A DNA stretch of 64,000 nt from positions 1,952,001 through 2,016,000 of the forward strand of contig OZ223236.1 of NCBI GenBank assembly GCA_965140445.1, written 5' to 3'. Origin of the DNA: Candidatus Ozemobacteraceae bacterium (GTDB lineage: Bacteria; Muiribacteriota; Ozemobacteria; Ozemobacterales; Ozemobacteraceae). Shown one piece after another: positions 39,590 to 49,354 of this stretch; within the stretch, counting starts at the first letter, position 1, and each line of letters starts with the position of its first letter. Both the position numbers and the translations under genes were made by a program. The notes beneath the pieces were generated by a model. The model was given only the letters and a program-made list of their open reading frames with translations. It did not search any database and was not told the origin of the DNA.

Positions 39590-39618
39590 TTGAATTAGAG
39601 ATGGTTAAATGCTAATAT
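39590..39618 (+). promoter_or_regulatory. Sigma70-type promoter, probably giving a leaderless mRNA
   Basis: TTGAAT-17 nt-TAATAT with TGn extension; ATG follows 7 nt later with no SD. Confidence 0.5.
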
Positions 39619-39625
39619 TTTACTC

Positions 39626-42600
39626 ATGCGGAATCTTTGGATACTTTTTTGCTGCCTGTGTTTAACAGTTTTTATTGGCTGCCTTGGTATGGGAGGCGGT
39701 GGCGGTGGCACATCAGGAACCTCTGGAACCGTAATTGATTCATCTGCTGTTCTTTCTGGAAAAGTTTATTTTGGTAAAAGTTCCCTATACGGCGGAATTC
39801 CTGTTCTGGCAAAAGATATTAGCGGCGTGGTCATGGGAAGCACAGTCACTGATGCTTACGGGAACTATTCCTTTTCTGAGCTGGCCCCCGGTGTTTATAA
39901 TCTTTTTGCTTCAACTGGCGAATCGGAAAATCAATTTGTATCTGCAATTCAGGTTATCCCAGGCAATCCATCTAAAACCCAGGAAAAAAATCTTATCGAG
40001 CTTGATAGCGTAAGCATTGATAATGTTACTTCTACCTCTGTTCGATTAAAATTTTCAACTTCTCAAAGCTGTATCTCGCAGGTTGAATATAGCTATGCGG
40101 GGGGAGCAACAAATCTTGTTTCCGTTAACACTACCTTTGCGGACACTCATAGCACTACTATTACTGGTCTTTTGCCAAGCACCAGATATGGTTTTATCGT
40201 TAAGCTGCAAACCCAGGATGGGCAGCAATTTCTTTATTCATCTCTTTCAACACAAACGCTGGCTGGCATAGGACCAAATAAAACTGGTATAAGCATTGAA
40301 AATGGGGCAGTTTCTACTCGTTTTACTGCTGTCCGATTATATTTAAATGCTGAAAATGCTTCTCAAATGAGAATCGGCACCACAGAAGATCTAACCGATT
40401 CTATCTGGGAGACCTATAGTTCTTTCAAGGATGTTACGCTTTCAGCTGGTGATGGAACCAAAAGAGTTTACGTGCAGTTTAGAGACGCTTTTGGAAACCA
40501 GAGCTCGGTTATGAATGATTCCATCTTGCTGAAGTCCAGCTCCAATGGATATATCGGAGTTTGGATTAACAATGGTGAAGCTTTGACAAACGATAATAAT
40601 GTTGTTTTATCGATGCTTTTTCCTGGCGCTACGCGAATGCAGCTTTCCAGCAGATCAGACTTTTTTAACTCTTACTGGGAAATCTTTTCTGAAACGAAAA
40701 AATTCAAATTTGAGGCTGGCGATGGCCCAAAGGTCGTCTATGCAAAGTTTAGTGGTGGCAATGCTGATCCAAATAAAGTTTATACGGGTTCTATCCAACT
40801 TGACACAACTGGACCAGAAGTGGCTTTTACCATTAATGGGGGGGCAGCCAAAACAAATAATATTACTGTAACCCTTAACTTTACACCTCTTCAGGTGCCT
40901 TCAAAAATGCAAATTGAGCAGGACGGATCTTTTGACGCTGAGTCAACCTGGGTGCAGTATTCTGACAGCTATCAGTATGTTTTGTCTAACACTGAAGGAA
41001 CTAAAACTGTTTATGCGAGATTTGCTGATGAATTAGGAAACATTTTTGGTCCTGTAACGGATCAGATCGAATTAGATTTGACTCCACCTCAAAATATTTC
41101 ATTCTCTATTAATGATGGGGAAAGCCAGACTTCCGAGCTTGAGGTCAGACTTTCCGTGTCTGCCGATGATGCCTCTCAAATAATGATTTCAAACAATGAA
41201 AACTTTGCTGGAGCAACTTACGAAAGATATAAAACCATTAAATCATGGGTTTTGGGCGGTTACGGAATTCAATCCGTATATATGATGTTTGTGGATGATG
41301 CAAGCAATACAAGCTCTGCAATTGTTCAAAGTATTGAGGTAATCGGGGAACCTGCTGCAAGTGGCTCAATTAAAATTAACGAAGACGACTCCTATTCTGA
41401 ATCAGCAACCAATAGTCTTTACGTCTATTCCGATGTTGCAACTAAGTTCAGAATTTCCGAAAACGAGAATTTTTCAACCTTGTCAGATATTACCTATACG
41501 CCAAACTACACCGGCAATGTAATGAAGATCGACAACTTTGTTTTCGACCCATTAGCCGGGCACAAAAAAGTGTATGTGAGATTCCAGGACGCCTCTGGAA
41601 GTTATTCAATTGCCAGTGATACTATTATCTTCATTGGGCCCGCCAGCAATTCTATCACTACAGTTGATCCCCAGCCACTTGGCACCTACACAGTCAATTT
41701 AAGGCCATTTGCTGAAAAAGCCTCTGAAATGCTTATTACCGAGAACTATGCTGATCTTTCCAACCAATCTATCTGGCAGCCATTTAATTATTCAGTAAAC
41801 TTTTCTCTTACCCAGGTTAATGGCAAGCATACTATTTATGCTAAATATCGAAATGTCGGACACGTTGAGACTCCGGTAATGACTCTGGATGTGCAGGTTA
41901 GCGAGATTGCCCCGGCCTCACCTTCTATTGTTCTAAACGCTGGAGATTCAGTTACTAACAGATCAAATGTTCAGGTTAATGTTGTTACCTCAGAATTCTA
42001 TCCAATTCTGCGCTTATCAAATGATGGAAACTTTTTCTCAGGAGCTGATCAGGCAGCAGTTAATCAACCATGGTTTTTAACCCCTGTTGCCGGAGAAAAG
42101 ACAGTATATGCAAGATTCCAGCACTCAACGACTGGTGCTTATGTATTCGCTACCGATACAATTACTGCTGTTGGCCCAGCCAGTCCAACCATTTCAACCA
42201 GTGATTCCCAACCCCTGAACAAAAACTGGGTTGCGCTAAAACTATATGCGGGCAATGCAACAGATATGATAGTTAGCGAAAATCCAGGCATTAAAGATGC
42301 TACAACCGGATGGGTTCCTTATCAGGAGCAGCTAAGTTTCCCACTTTCAACCGGTGTTGGAAATCATACTATTTATGCAAAATTTAGAAACGCGGCAACT
42401 AACTGGATAGAAACCGAGCCAGTTAGCCTTGTGGTTTCTGTTAACAACCAATCTCCAACCGGAAACACAGCTACTTTTAGAGCCTCAGCAGATCCAACTT
42501 CAACCGCTCTTTCGGAAGTTCCTGTCGGGTCTTTGCCGGCCTTCCTGCATTTTGATATTCAAGATCCTTTGACAGCTACTGTTTCATGGCAGCTGGCTTC

Positions 42601-45600
42601 TGGTGGAGCTCCAATTCCTACAGTTTTCCGAACCACATCTGTTCCAGTCGGGCCAATCTTACTTAGCGCCGGAGATTTCCCTGGAAATGGCACTTTTAAT
42701 CTTTACTACTACTTTACCGATGGGGTTGGAAACCAAAGCTCCATGGGAATATCTTCAATTAAGATTTTGGGACCAAGTTTGAAAATCAGCCCAGCTGTTG
42801 TAGGACCTTTGACCTCAGGAAGAACTCAGCAGTTTGCTGCAACCCTGGAGAATGCTGAAGGAACCGTTGTCTGGAGTATTGATCCAGCTTTGCCAGCAAC
42901 AACTTTCGGTTCAATTGACAATGCGGGGCTGTATACAGCGCCAAACCCAATATCAGTAGCAACACAGACAATTGTAAAAGCAGCGTTGTTTGGTGATCCC
43001 AACGTGAATGACTCTGTTTCAATTTCTTTGCAGACCCAGGTTGAAGTTGTGGTAGCTGAAAAGAACCATCAAATTTCACTTAATCTATCCAAGCAGATAC
43101 CAGTAATTTTTAGAAATAGTACTTTGGGTGGAAACATGGTCGTTGGAACCGCAGGCGGAGGAGTGGCAACGATTTCTGCTCCTGTTCCAGGAGTTCCGGC
43201 AACCGATAGAATAGCAACCATTACCTACACTGCACCAGCCTCGGTGCCAACAACTAATCCTGTTGCGGTAACTGTAAGTTCAGCAGAAGACCCAACTAAG
43301 CAGGAAATTTTGTATTTTACCATCAATTCCGGCCCATGGATTTCAGTAAGTCCAACTGATGCTGTCGCCAGAATTCGCACAGGCAAAACCTCCTTTGCTG
43401 CAACAACTTCATCTTCTACTGTATCAGTTGTGTGGCGTTTAACAAAAGGTGGCTTTTTTGACGCTGCAAAGACTTTAACTACTCAAACCACAAATGCTCC
43501 ACATAGCGTAACCGTTTATGCTCCAGATTCATTTCCAGGAGAAAACCCAGTTCAACTTGTGGCCAGCTTTGCTGAAGCAGGATTTGATTATTATGCTACC
43601 GCTGCCATTTCTTTGTCTTCTCCTGTTACTCTGACTTTAACCCCAAAAAATGAGACGATAGACCTTGGAAACTCTAGCGGTGTTTTGATGCAGGCTAAGG
43701 TCGACAACGCTACAACCACCTCAGTAACATGGCAATATAGAAACGCCTCTTCAACTGGCGCATGGACAAATATTGATTCCCCGGCCAATACAACCGGAAC
43801 CCTTGTTTCAACCGGTAATGATGCAACCTATTTGCCGCCAAGTGTTTTTCCTCCTGGTTTGGCAAATCAGCTCAATATAAGAGCTATAAGCATAGATGAT
43901 CCGGTTGCATCCGGTGTAGCAACAATAACCCTGATCGCCCCAATTGAAGTCGTTATCCATGAAGGATTCAATGCTTCGGCACCGGCTATAACAACAACCA
44001 CAGTTCTATTAGAAGTTGGAACCAGACAGTTCTTTGCCGAAATAAAAAATGCAACAGCAGGAACAAATCTGACTGCTAGCTGGTATGTTGGTGGCGTTGC
44101 AGGTGGTGATTCAACCAAAGGAACTGTAGACACTACGGGTAAATACTCAGCTCCCGATGCAACATCTCAATCGGTTGTAACTTTACGCGCAGTTAGTAAC
44201 GCAAATACTTCGAAGTTTGCTGATGTCCAGATCAATTTGCAGGATTTCTGGATACCACGAGCTCAAAATTTGAACTCTGTAACCAACGCAACCTATTCAA
44301 TTTTCTGCTTGGAAATTGATTCGACTACCCCAGCTGCAGACCCAAGGATTTTATATTGTGGAACAAATGGCTATGGGGTGTATAGAGCAACCGTTTCTCC
44401 GGCTTCAGATTGGTCTTCAATACCATGGACAGGAGTAACTGGTTTATCAACTAACCTGGTTAGTCAAGGTGCTAAATACATTGTTAATGGTTTAACAATA
44501 AGTAAACAGAACCCTGATAGAGTTGTAGCGGCGACAAATGATGGATTGTATTTAATTACTTCTAACGGCACAGTTGTTAATGCTATAACGCCGCCATTTC
44601 CAAGGACAGCTCCACATTCAGTTGCTGCAACTATTACTACCTATTCTGGTGACTTCACCAAGGTATTCTCATCCGCCATCATTGACCCTACTGATGATAC
44701 ATACATGTATGCCATCGGAAAGGATCAGGGCGTGCTTCGGTTTGTTTGGGGTGGAGCAAATTATACTTATAGTGGCACTCTTTATGATGACAATCAATTT
44801 TACAGCACCGTTGAGTATTATGAAGATCCCTGGAAGGTGGATACTGACTTAAATCCGGCTCCAGCATCAGTAAGCTTTGCTTTGGGAACAGTTTCGAGAC
44901 CAAAAAAGGTTTCTCCTGCTTTAGCCTCAGGAACTATGGAGTTTAACTGCGCTGCAATGACTCCTCAGAATCCCAACGTGCTTTATGTTGGCTTTACAAA
45001 ATATCTTGAATCAAGAAACCCGGACGTTTTTAAAGTTGGATATCTCAAGTTATCTAATATTAGAACAGCTAACTATTTATATGTAGGGGAAAAAGACTTC
45101 CTGGTCGGTGGAACTTCATTGCCTGAATATGATGCTACAAACGGTGGTAATATTATTCCAGCTCACCTGCCAGGGCAATTTGAAACTCTTTCAAATTGGC
45201 ATTTTACTGGAGGTTCAGGAATTATAAATTATGATACCTCTGGAATAATTCAATCAATAGCAATTGATCCAAACACTTCATCTACCATCTGGAGAGGTAA
45301 AAATAGTGGTATTGAGCGTTCTACAGACGATGGAAGTAATTTTACAATTGTTGGCAATTATGTAAATGTTAGAGATTTATTCATAGACCCAATTAACACA
45401 ATCAATGTTTATATTGGCACCGAAGACGGCCTTTATCGAACCAAAGATGCAGGTTCTTCATGGAAACGCATAAAAACAGGTCTTGAGGGAAATTCGACTT
45501 TAAACACTTTAGGCCTTACTCCTGGTGGTCTTGGAACCCGAAGAATATTCTCAGGCTCAACAAACGGTGTTTTTATGGGAAGAACTTCACTCGATCTGGA

Positions 45601-45604
45601 ATAG
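39626..45604 (+). CDS. Giant surface lipoprotein: carboxypeptidase-regulatory-like and FN3-like domains, about nine Ig-like repeats, about five Big-like domains, C-terminal BNR/beta-propeller
   Basis: Lipobox FIG|C and a Gly linker; repeats such as GDGTKRVYVQFRD, GDGPKVVYAKF, TEGTKTVYARF; G.YTAP motifs; Asp-boxes RSTDDG and RTKDAGSSW. Confidence 0.8.
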   Translation: MRNLWILFCCLCLTVFIGCLGMGGGGGGTSGTSGTVIDSSAVLSGKVYFGKSSLYGGIPVLAKDISGVVMGSTVTDAYGNYSFSELAPGVYNLFASTGESENQFVSAIQVIPGNPSKTQEKNLIELDSVSIDNVTSTSVRLKFSTSQSCISQVEYSYAGGATNLVSVNTTFADTHSTTITGLLPSTRYGFIVKLQTQDGQQFLYSSLSTQTLAGIGPNKTGISIENGAVSTRFTAVRLYLNAENASQMRIGTTEDLTDSIWETYSSFKDVTLSAGDGTKRVYVQFRDAFGNQSSVMNDSILLKSSSNGYIGVWINNGEALTNDNNVVLSMLFPGATRMQLSSRSDFFNSYWEIFSETKKFKFEAGDGPKVVYAKFSGGNADPNKVYTGSIQLDTTGPEVAFTINGGAAKTNNITVTLNFTPLQVPSKMQIEQDGSFDAESTWVQYSDSYQYVLSNTEGTKTVYARFADELGNIFGPVTDQIELDLTPPQNISFSINDGESQTSELEVRLSVSADDASQIMISNNENFAGATYERYKTIKSWVLGGYGIQSVYMMFVDDASNTSSAIVQSIEVIGEPAASGSIKINEDDSYSESATNSLYVYSDVATKFRISENENFSTLSDITYTPNYTGNVMKIDNFVFDPLAGHKKVYVRFQDASGSYSIASDTIIFIGPASNSITTVDPQPLGTYTVNLRPFAEKASEMLITENYADLSNQSIWQPFNYSVNFSLTQVNGKHTIYAKYRNVGHVETPVMTLDVQVSEIAPASPSIVLNAGDSVTNRSNVQVNVVTSEFYPILRLSNDGNFFSGADQAAVNQPWFLTPVAGEKTVYARFQHSTTGAYVFATDTITAVGPASPTISTSDSQPLNKNWVALKLYAGNATDMIVSENPGIKDATTGWVPYQEQLSFPLSTGVGNHTIYAKFRNAATNWIETEPVSLVVSVNNQSPTGNTATFRASADPTSTALSEVPVGSLPAFLHFDIQDPLTATVSWQLASGGAPIPTVFRTTSVPVGPILLSAGDFPGNGTFNLYYYFTDGVGNQSSMGISSIKILGPSLKISPAVVGPLTSGRTQQFAATLENAEGTVVWSIDPALPATTFGSIDNAGLYTAPNPISVATQTIVKAALFGDPNVNDSVSISLQTQVEVVVAEKNHQISLNLSKQIPVIFRNSTLGGNMVVGTAGGGVATISAPVPGVPATDRIATITYTAPASVPTTNPVAVTVSSAEDPTKQEILYFTINSGPWISVSPTDAVARIRTGKTSFAATTSSSTVSVVWRLTKGGFFDAAKTLTTQTTNAPHSVTVYAPDSFPGENPVQLVASFAEAGFDYYATAAISLSSPVTLTLTPKNETIDLGNSSGVLMQAKVDNATTTSVTWQYRNASSTGAWTNIDSPANTTGTLVSTGNDATYLPPSVFPPGLANQLNIRAISIDDPVASGVATITLIAPIEVVIHEGFNASAPAITTTTVLLEVGTRQFFAEIKNATAGTNLTASWYVGGVAGGDSTKGTVDTTGKYSAPDATSQSVVTLRAVSNANTSKFADVQINLQDFWIPRAQNLNSVTNATYSIFCLEIDSTTPAADPRILYCGTNGYGVYRATVSPASDWSSIPWTGVTGLSTNLVSQGAKYIVNGLTISKQNPDRVVAATNDGLYLITSNGTVVNAITPPFPRTAPHSVAATITTYSGDFTKVFSSAIIDPTDDTYMYAIGKDQGVLRFVWGGANYTYSGTLYDDNQFYSTVEYYEDPWKVDTDLNPAPASVSFALGTVSRPKKVSPALASGTMEFNCAAMTPQNPNVLYVGFTKYLESRNPDVFKVGYLKLSNIRTANYLYVGEKDFLVGGTSLPEYDATNGGNIIPAHLPGQFETLSNWHFTGGSGIINYDTSGIIQSIAIDPNTSSTIWRGKNSGIERSTDDGSNFTIVGNYVNVRDLFIDPINTINVYIGTEDGLYRTKDAGSSWKRIKTGLEGNSTLNTLGLTPGGLGTRRIFSGSTNGVFMGRTSLDLE

Positions 45605-45749
45605 CTTGCCGATCTTTTTTTACGAGTTATTCTTCATATGAGCTATTGAAAGTAAACCCAATAAAAAGGTCTATCCAGAGAATTCTTTGTAGCGCAAAAA
45701 ACTGCAGCTGAAAAAGCTGTCTGTAGGACTAAAGCGCTTGTAAAGGGTT

Positions 45750-46709
45750 TTACACAGAATCGTAGCGCTTTTTTAGCGCCTGCACATCTTGCCACATCAG
45801 CCAGTTAGGGCTGCCTTTAGCTCTTGATTCTGATCTAATTAGATATGAAGGGTGAAACATGGCCATGGTTGGAATTCCAAAAATAGAATCAAACCATTGC
45901 CCGTGAATTTTAGTGATTCCAGGCGTTTTGGGGCCCACCACGTAACGAATTGCTACGTTTCCAAGACAAGCTATGATCTTGGGTTGTAAAATGGCAAGCT
46001 GGCGCTGTAAATATGGTGTGCAACAAACCATTTCTGAAAAAACCGGGTCCCTGTTTCCTGGGGGACGGCATTTTAAAATATTACAGATAAAAACTTCTTC
46101 TCTTTTAAAGCCCGCCGCAGAAATTACTTTATCAAGATGCTTTCCTGCTTTTCCAACAAATGGAATGCCAGTCGCGTCTTCATCTGCACCGGGAGCTTCA
46201 CCAATGAAAACCAGTTTTGTTTTTTGAGGTCCTGCGCCAGGAACTGTTTTATTCCTGGTTTTGTGAAGCTCGCATTTGGTACATTCAGCGATTTCCGCAG
46301 AAATTTTTTCAAGGGAATCGTTTTCAACAAGTACTATTTCTGGAATAACTGGTTTTGGTTTTTCTTCTGAATGTCTTTCTTTTTTTATGGAAGAAAGGAG
46401 TTCTTCATCGGTTAAGTTGCGAGGAGCTGGTTTGCTTTTTGGCTTTGGCATGCTGGGTTTAACAGCTTTTTGCTCTACGGATTTTTGTTGAGGCTTTTCA
46501 GGTTTCTGCTCTTTAGATTTAACCTTTTCAGAGGCAATCTCAGGGGAAACCGCTTCGTAGCTTTGGTCTTCATCAAAGTTATAAAGGGAGTTTTCAGTAA
46601 TCTCGTTGTCATAATACCCTTCCATGCCTGGAGGAGTTAGCAGGGCTATTAGATCGACAGCTTCAATCTCTCGGCTATCCGAGTTCTTTTTTCCTTTTTT
46701 CTGGGTCAA
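45750..46709 (-). CDS. Uracil-DNA glycosylase family 4 (4Fe-4S) with a long low-complexity N-terminal extension
   Basis: CTKCEL, GEAPGADED, NILKCRPP, FHPSY. Confidence 0.93.
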   Translation of the reverse strand: MTQKKGKKNSDSREIEAVDLIALLTPPGMEGYYDNEITENSLYNFDEDQSYEAVSPEIASEKVKSKEQKPEKPQQKSVEQKAVKPSMPKPKSKPAPRNLTDEELLSSIKKERHSEEKPKPVIPEIVLVENDSLEKISAEIAECTKCELHKTRNKTVPGAGPQKTKLVFIGEAPGADEDATGIPFVGKAGKHLDKVISAAGFKREEVFICNILKCRPPGNRDPVFSEMVCCTPYLQRQLAILQPKIIACLGNVAIRYVVGPKTPGITKIHGQWFDSIFGIPTMAMFHPSYLIRSESRAKGSPNWLMWQDVQALKKRYDSV

Positions 46710-46736
46710 ACCAAATTCCTCGAAAAATTCTTTAAA

Positions 46737-48938
46737 CTACTTTTTGCCGTGCTGTTCCAGTCTGTATACTTTGGTTACACCAATCAATCTTGAAATAGAG
46801 CGAATCAAGCTATCAAGCATATTTGAATCTCTAACTTCAACAGTAAAATCAAGCAAACCTGTTTTCTTCTTGGTGGTTTTCGCTGTTGCAGAATGAATGT
46901 TAACGCTTTGATTGGCTATTACACTGGTGACAGAGTTCAACATACCTTTTCTGTCAGTGGTCTCTACTCTGATTTTTGCCATGTAATCGGTTTCCGGAGT
47001 TTCAACATCTGAAAGACCAAGATCCCATCTTACATCAATAAGCCTGTCTTCGGTGTCGTTGGCTAGATTTTGAGCGTTTGGGCAGTCCTTTTTATGAACT
47101 GTTACGCCGCGACCTCTGGTAATATAACCCATGATTGGATCACCAGGAATTGGGGTGCAACAACGGGAAATTTTAATTAATGTTCCCTCAAGGCCACCAC
47201 AAATGATTCGTGGCCCTTTTCCTGCATTTTTGGCTTGCTGCTTTTCCCGGCGACTTGCTCTATCTGATTTTACCTGACTCTTTACGATCATATCCGGGAA
47301 TAGTTTGCCTATTACCTGCTGTGCTCTAACTTCGCCCGAGCCAATTCCAGCATAAAGTTCATCTACAGATGGAAAGCCAAGCTCTTTAACTTTTTCGCCA
47401 AATGCATTTTGCTTGAAAGTTTTTTCAACATCCTTGGTTCCGCCAAGCTTTGAAAAGGTTTCGAGGAATTCCCGTTCTCCGGTAATGATATATTCCTCAC
47501 GAAATTCCTTCTTCAACCAGACTCTAATTTTCCTTCTGGCACTGGCTGAACCAACAATTTTTAGCCAGTCCCGGCTAGGCCCTTTCTGGTTTTTACTGGT
47601 AATAATTGAAACAATATCACCATTTTGTAATTGATATTCCAGCGGAACAATTCTACCGTTTACTTTTGCGCCTATGCATCTATGGCCAACATCTGTGTGA
47701 ATCTGATAGCCAAAGTCAATCGGCGTGCTTCCGTTTGGTAACTCTATTACATCACCTTTTGGAGTGAAAACGTATACATGATACTGGAAAAGCTCAACCT
47801 TAACGGTTTCCATAAATTCAGAAGCATCTTTAACCTCTTGATACCAATCAATAAGGTTTCTTAGCCAGGACAGCTTTTCCTTGTAATCTGGAGTTGTCTC
47901 TTTGCCTGAAACTTCCTTGTAATCCCAGTGAGCCGCAATTCCTTCTTCCGCGATATTATGCATTTCAAAAGTTCTGATTTGAACTTCAAGGGGCTTTCCA
48001 TCAAATAAAACTGTTGTGTGAAGCGACTGATACATGTTTGGTTTGGGAACCGCAATGTAATCTTTAAATCTGCCAGGAATTGGCTTCCAGTGCTTGTGGA
48101 CAATTCCAAGTGCAGCGTAACAATCTTTTACCGACTGGGTAAGAATTCTTATCCCGAGAAAGTCATACAGGCCTTCTAAGGTTGTATTATATTTGAGGGT
48201 TTTGTTATAAATTGAAAAGGCTTGTTTGGGGCGGCCGGAGATATCAACCTTGATATTTGTTTCCAGAAGATATGCCTGAATTTGGTCCATGGCTTCTTTT
48301 AGCTTTTTATCGCCTTCCATGCCTTCGCTATTCAGAAAATTAGCAATTTCTTCAGCTTTTTCTGGTTGAAGGAACTTGAAAGAAGTTTCTTCCAGCTCTG
48401 TTTTTACTTTGTTTATACCTAATCTATGGGCGAGGGGAGCGTAAATCTCTATGGTTTCGCGCGCAACGTATTTTTGCTTTACCGGCGGCAAAAATTGTAG
48501 TGTTCTAATGTTGTGCAAACGATCTGCAAGCTTAATCAAAATAACCCGGACATCGTTAGTCATGGCAAACAGCATTTTTCTAAAGTTTGCTGCCTGTGCG
48601 GCGGTTGCAGAGCTGAAAAACATTTTATTCAGCTTGGTTACGCCTTCTACAAGAGTGGCCATTGTAGGGCCGAACATGGATTCAAGATCTTCCGCAGTTG
48701 CAGCAGTATCTTCTATTACATCATGAAGCAAAGCTGCGCAGATTGATGTGGAATCAAGTTTTAGCTCTTTTGCCACAATGAGGGCAACAGATTCAGGATG
48801 CAAAAAGTAGGGCTCACCTGATGCTCTGAATTGGTCCTGATGGCACTCTTCCGCGAAATTGTATGCCTTTTCTATCCGAGCAAAATCCGCGTCGGGGTTG
48901 TATGACTTAACAGCACTAATAAGATCTTCAAGAGAAAT
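46737..48938 (-). CDS. relA: Bifunctional (p)ppGpp synthetase/hydrolase (long RSH); probable ATT start at 48938 (alternative ATA at 48944)
   Basis: RASGEPY..HP, LLHDVIED (HD), KLADRLHN, FKDYIAVPKPNMYQSLHT, TGS, CC and ACT domains. The conserved N-terminus is in frame upstream of the ORF-track start at 48803. Confidence 0.93.
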   Translation of the reverse strand: MSLEDLISAVKSYNPDADFARIEKAYNFAEECHQDQFRASGEPYFLHPESVALIVAKELKLDSTSICAALLHDVIEDTAATAEDLESMFGPTMATLVEGVTKLNKMFFSSATAAQAANFRKMLFAMTNDVRVILIKLADRLHNIRTLQFLPPVKQKYVARETIEIYAPLAHRLGINKVKTELEETSFKFLQPEKAEEIANFLNSEGMEGDKKLKEAMDQIQAYLLETNIKVDISGRPKQAFSIYNKTLKYNTTLEGLYDFLGIRILTQSVKDCYAALGIVHKHWKPIPGRFKDYIAVPKPNMYQSLHTTVLFDGKPLEVQIRTFEMHNIAEEGIAAHWDYKEVSGKETTPDYKEKLSWLRNLIDWYQEVKDASEFMETVKVELFQYHVYVFTPKGDVIELPNGSTPIDFGYQIHTDVGHRCIGAKVNGRIVPLEYQLQNGDIVSIITSKNQKGPSRDWLKIVGSASARRKIRVWLKKEFREEYIITGEREFLETFSKLGGTKDVEKTFKQNAFGEKVKELGFPSVDELYAGIGSGEVRAQQVIGKLFPDMIVKSQVKSDRASRREKQQAKNAGKGPRIICGGLEGTLIKISRCCTPIPGDPIMGYITRGRGVTVHKKDCPNAQNLANDTEDRLIDVRWDLGLSDVETPETDYMAKIRVETTDRKGMLNSVTSVIANQSVNIHSATAKTTKKKTGLLDFTVEVRDSNMLDSLIRSISRLIGVTKVYRLEQHGKK

Positions 48939-48940
48939 AG

Positions 48941-49300
48941 CTATTCACCTGCTGCTTTCGAAAAGCTTTTAACGGCTTCTTCTATATTTTTTAGTACAAC
49001 GAAATGATGTGTGAACTGTGTTATTAAAAATACCCGGCGCATTTTAGAACTTAGATTAATAAGCTTTAAATCGCCGTCGTTTTGTCTTGTTTTTTTTAGA
49101 CCATGCACAAGTACGCCCATTCCAGCCGAACTCATATATTTAAGATTGGCAAGATCAATTACGAGATTAAAGCTTCCCTGTTCGCAAAGTTGGTCTATTC
49201 GGTCCCGTAGCAGGTCGGAATTCTCAAAAGTAATTTCGCCCTGTACATCAATTACAACAACATCGTTCTCATGCTGACTACATTCAATGGTTAAACTCAT
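48941..49300 (-). CDS. STAS-domain anti-sigma factor antagonist
   Basis: LVIDLANLKYMSSAGMGVL (phosphorylatable Ser motif); AGGAG RBS. Confidence 0.92.
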   Translation of the reverse strand: MSLTIECSQHENDVVVIDVQGEITFENSDLLRDRIDQLCEQGSFNLVIDLANLKYMSSAGMGVLVHGLKKTRQNDGDLKLINLSSKMRRVFLITQFTHHFVVLKNIEEAVKSFSKAAGE

Positions 49301-49354
49301 GGAAGCTCCTGTTGGGGTTTACAGAATCAGAATATCATCAGCCTTTTACTACTG

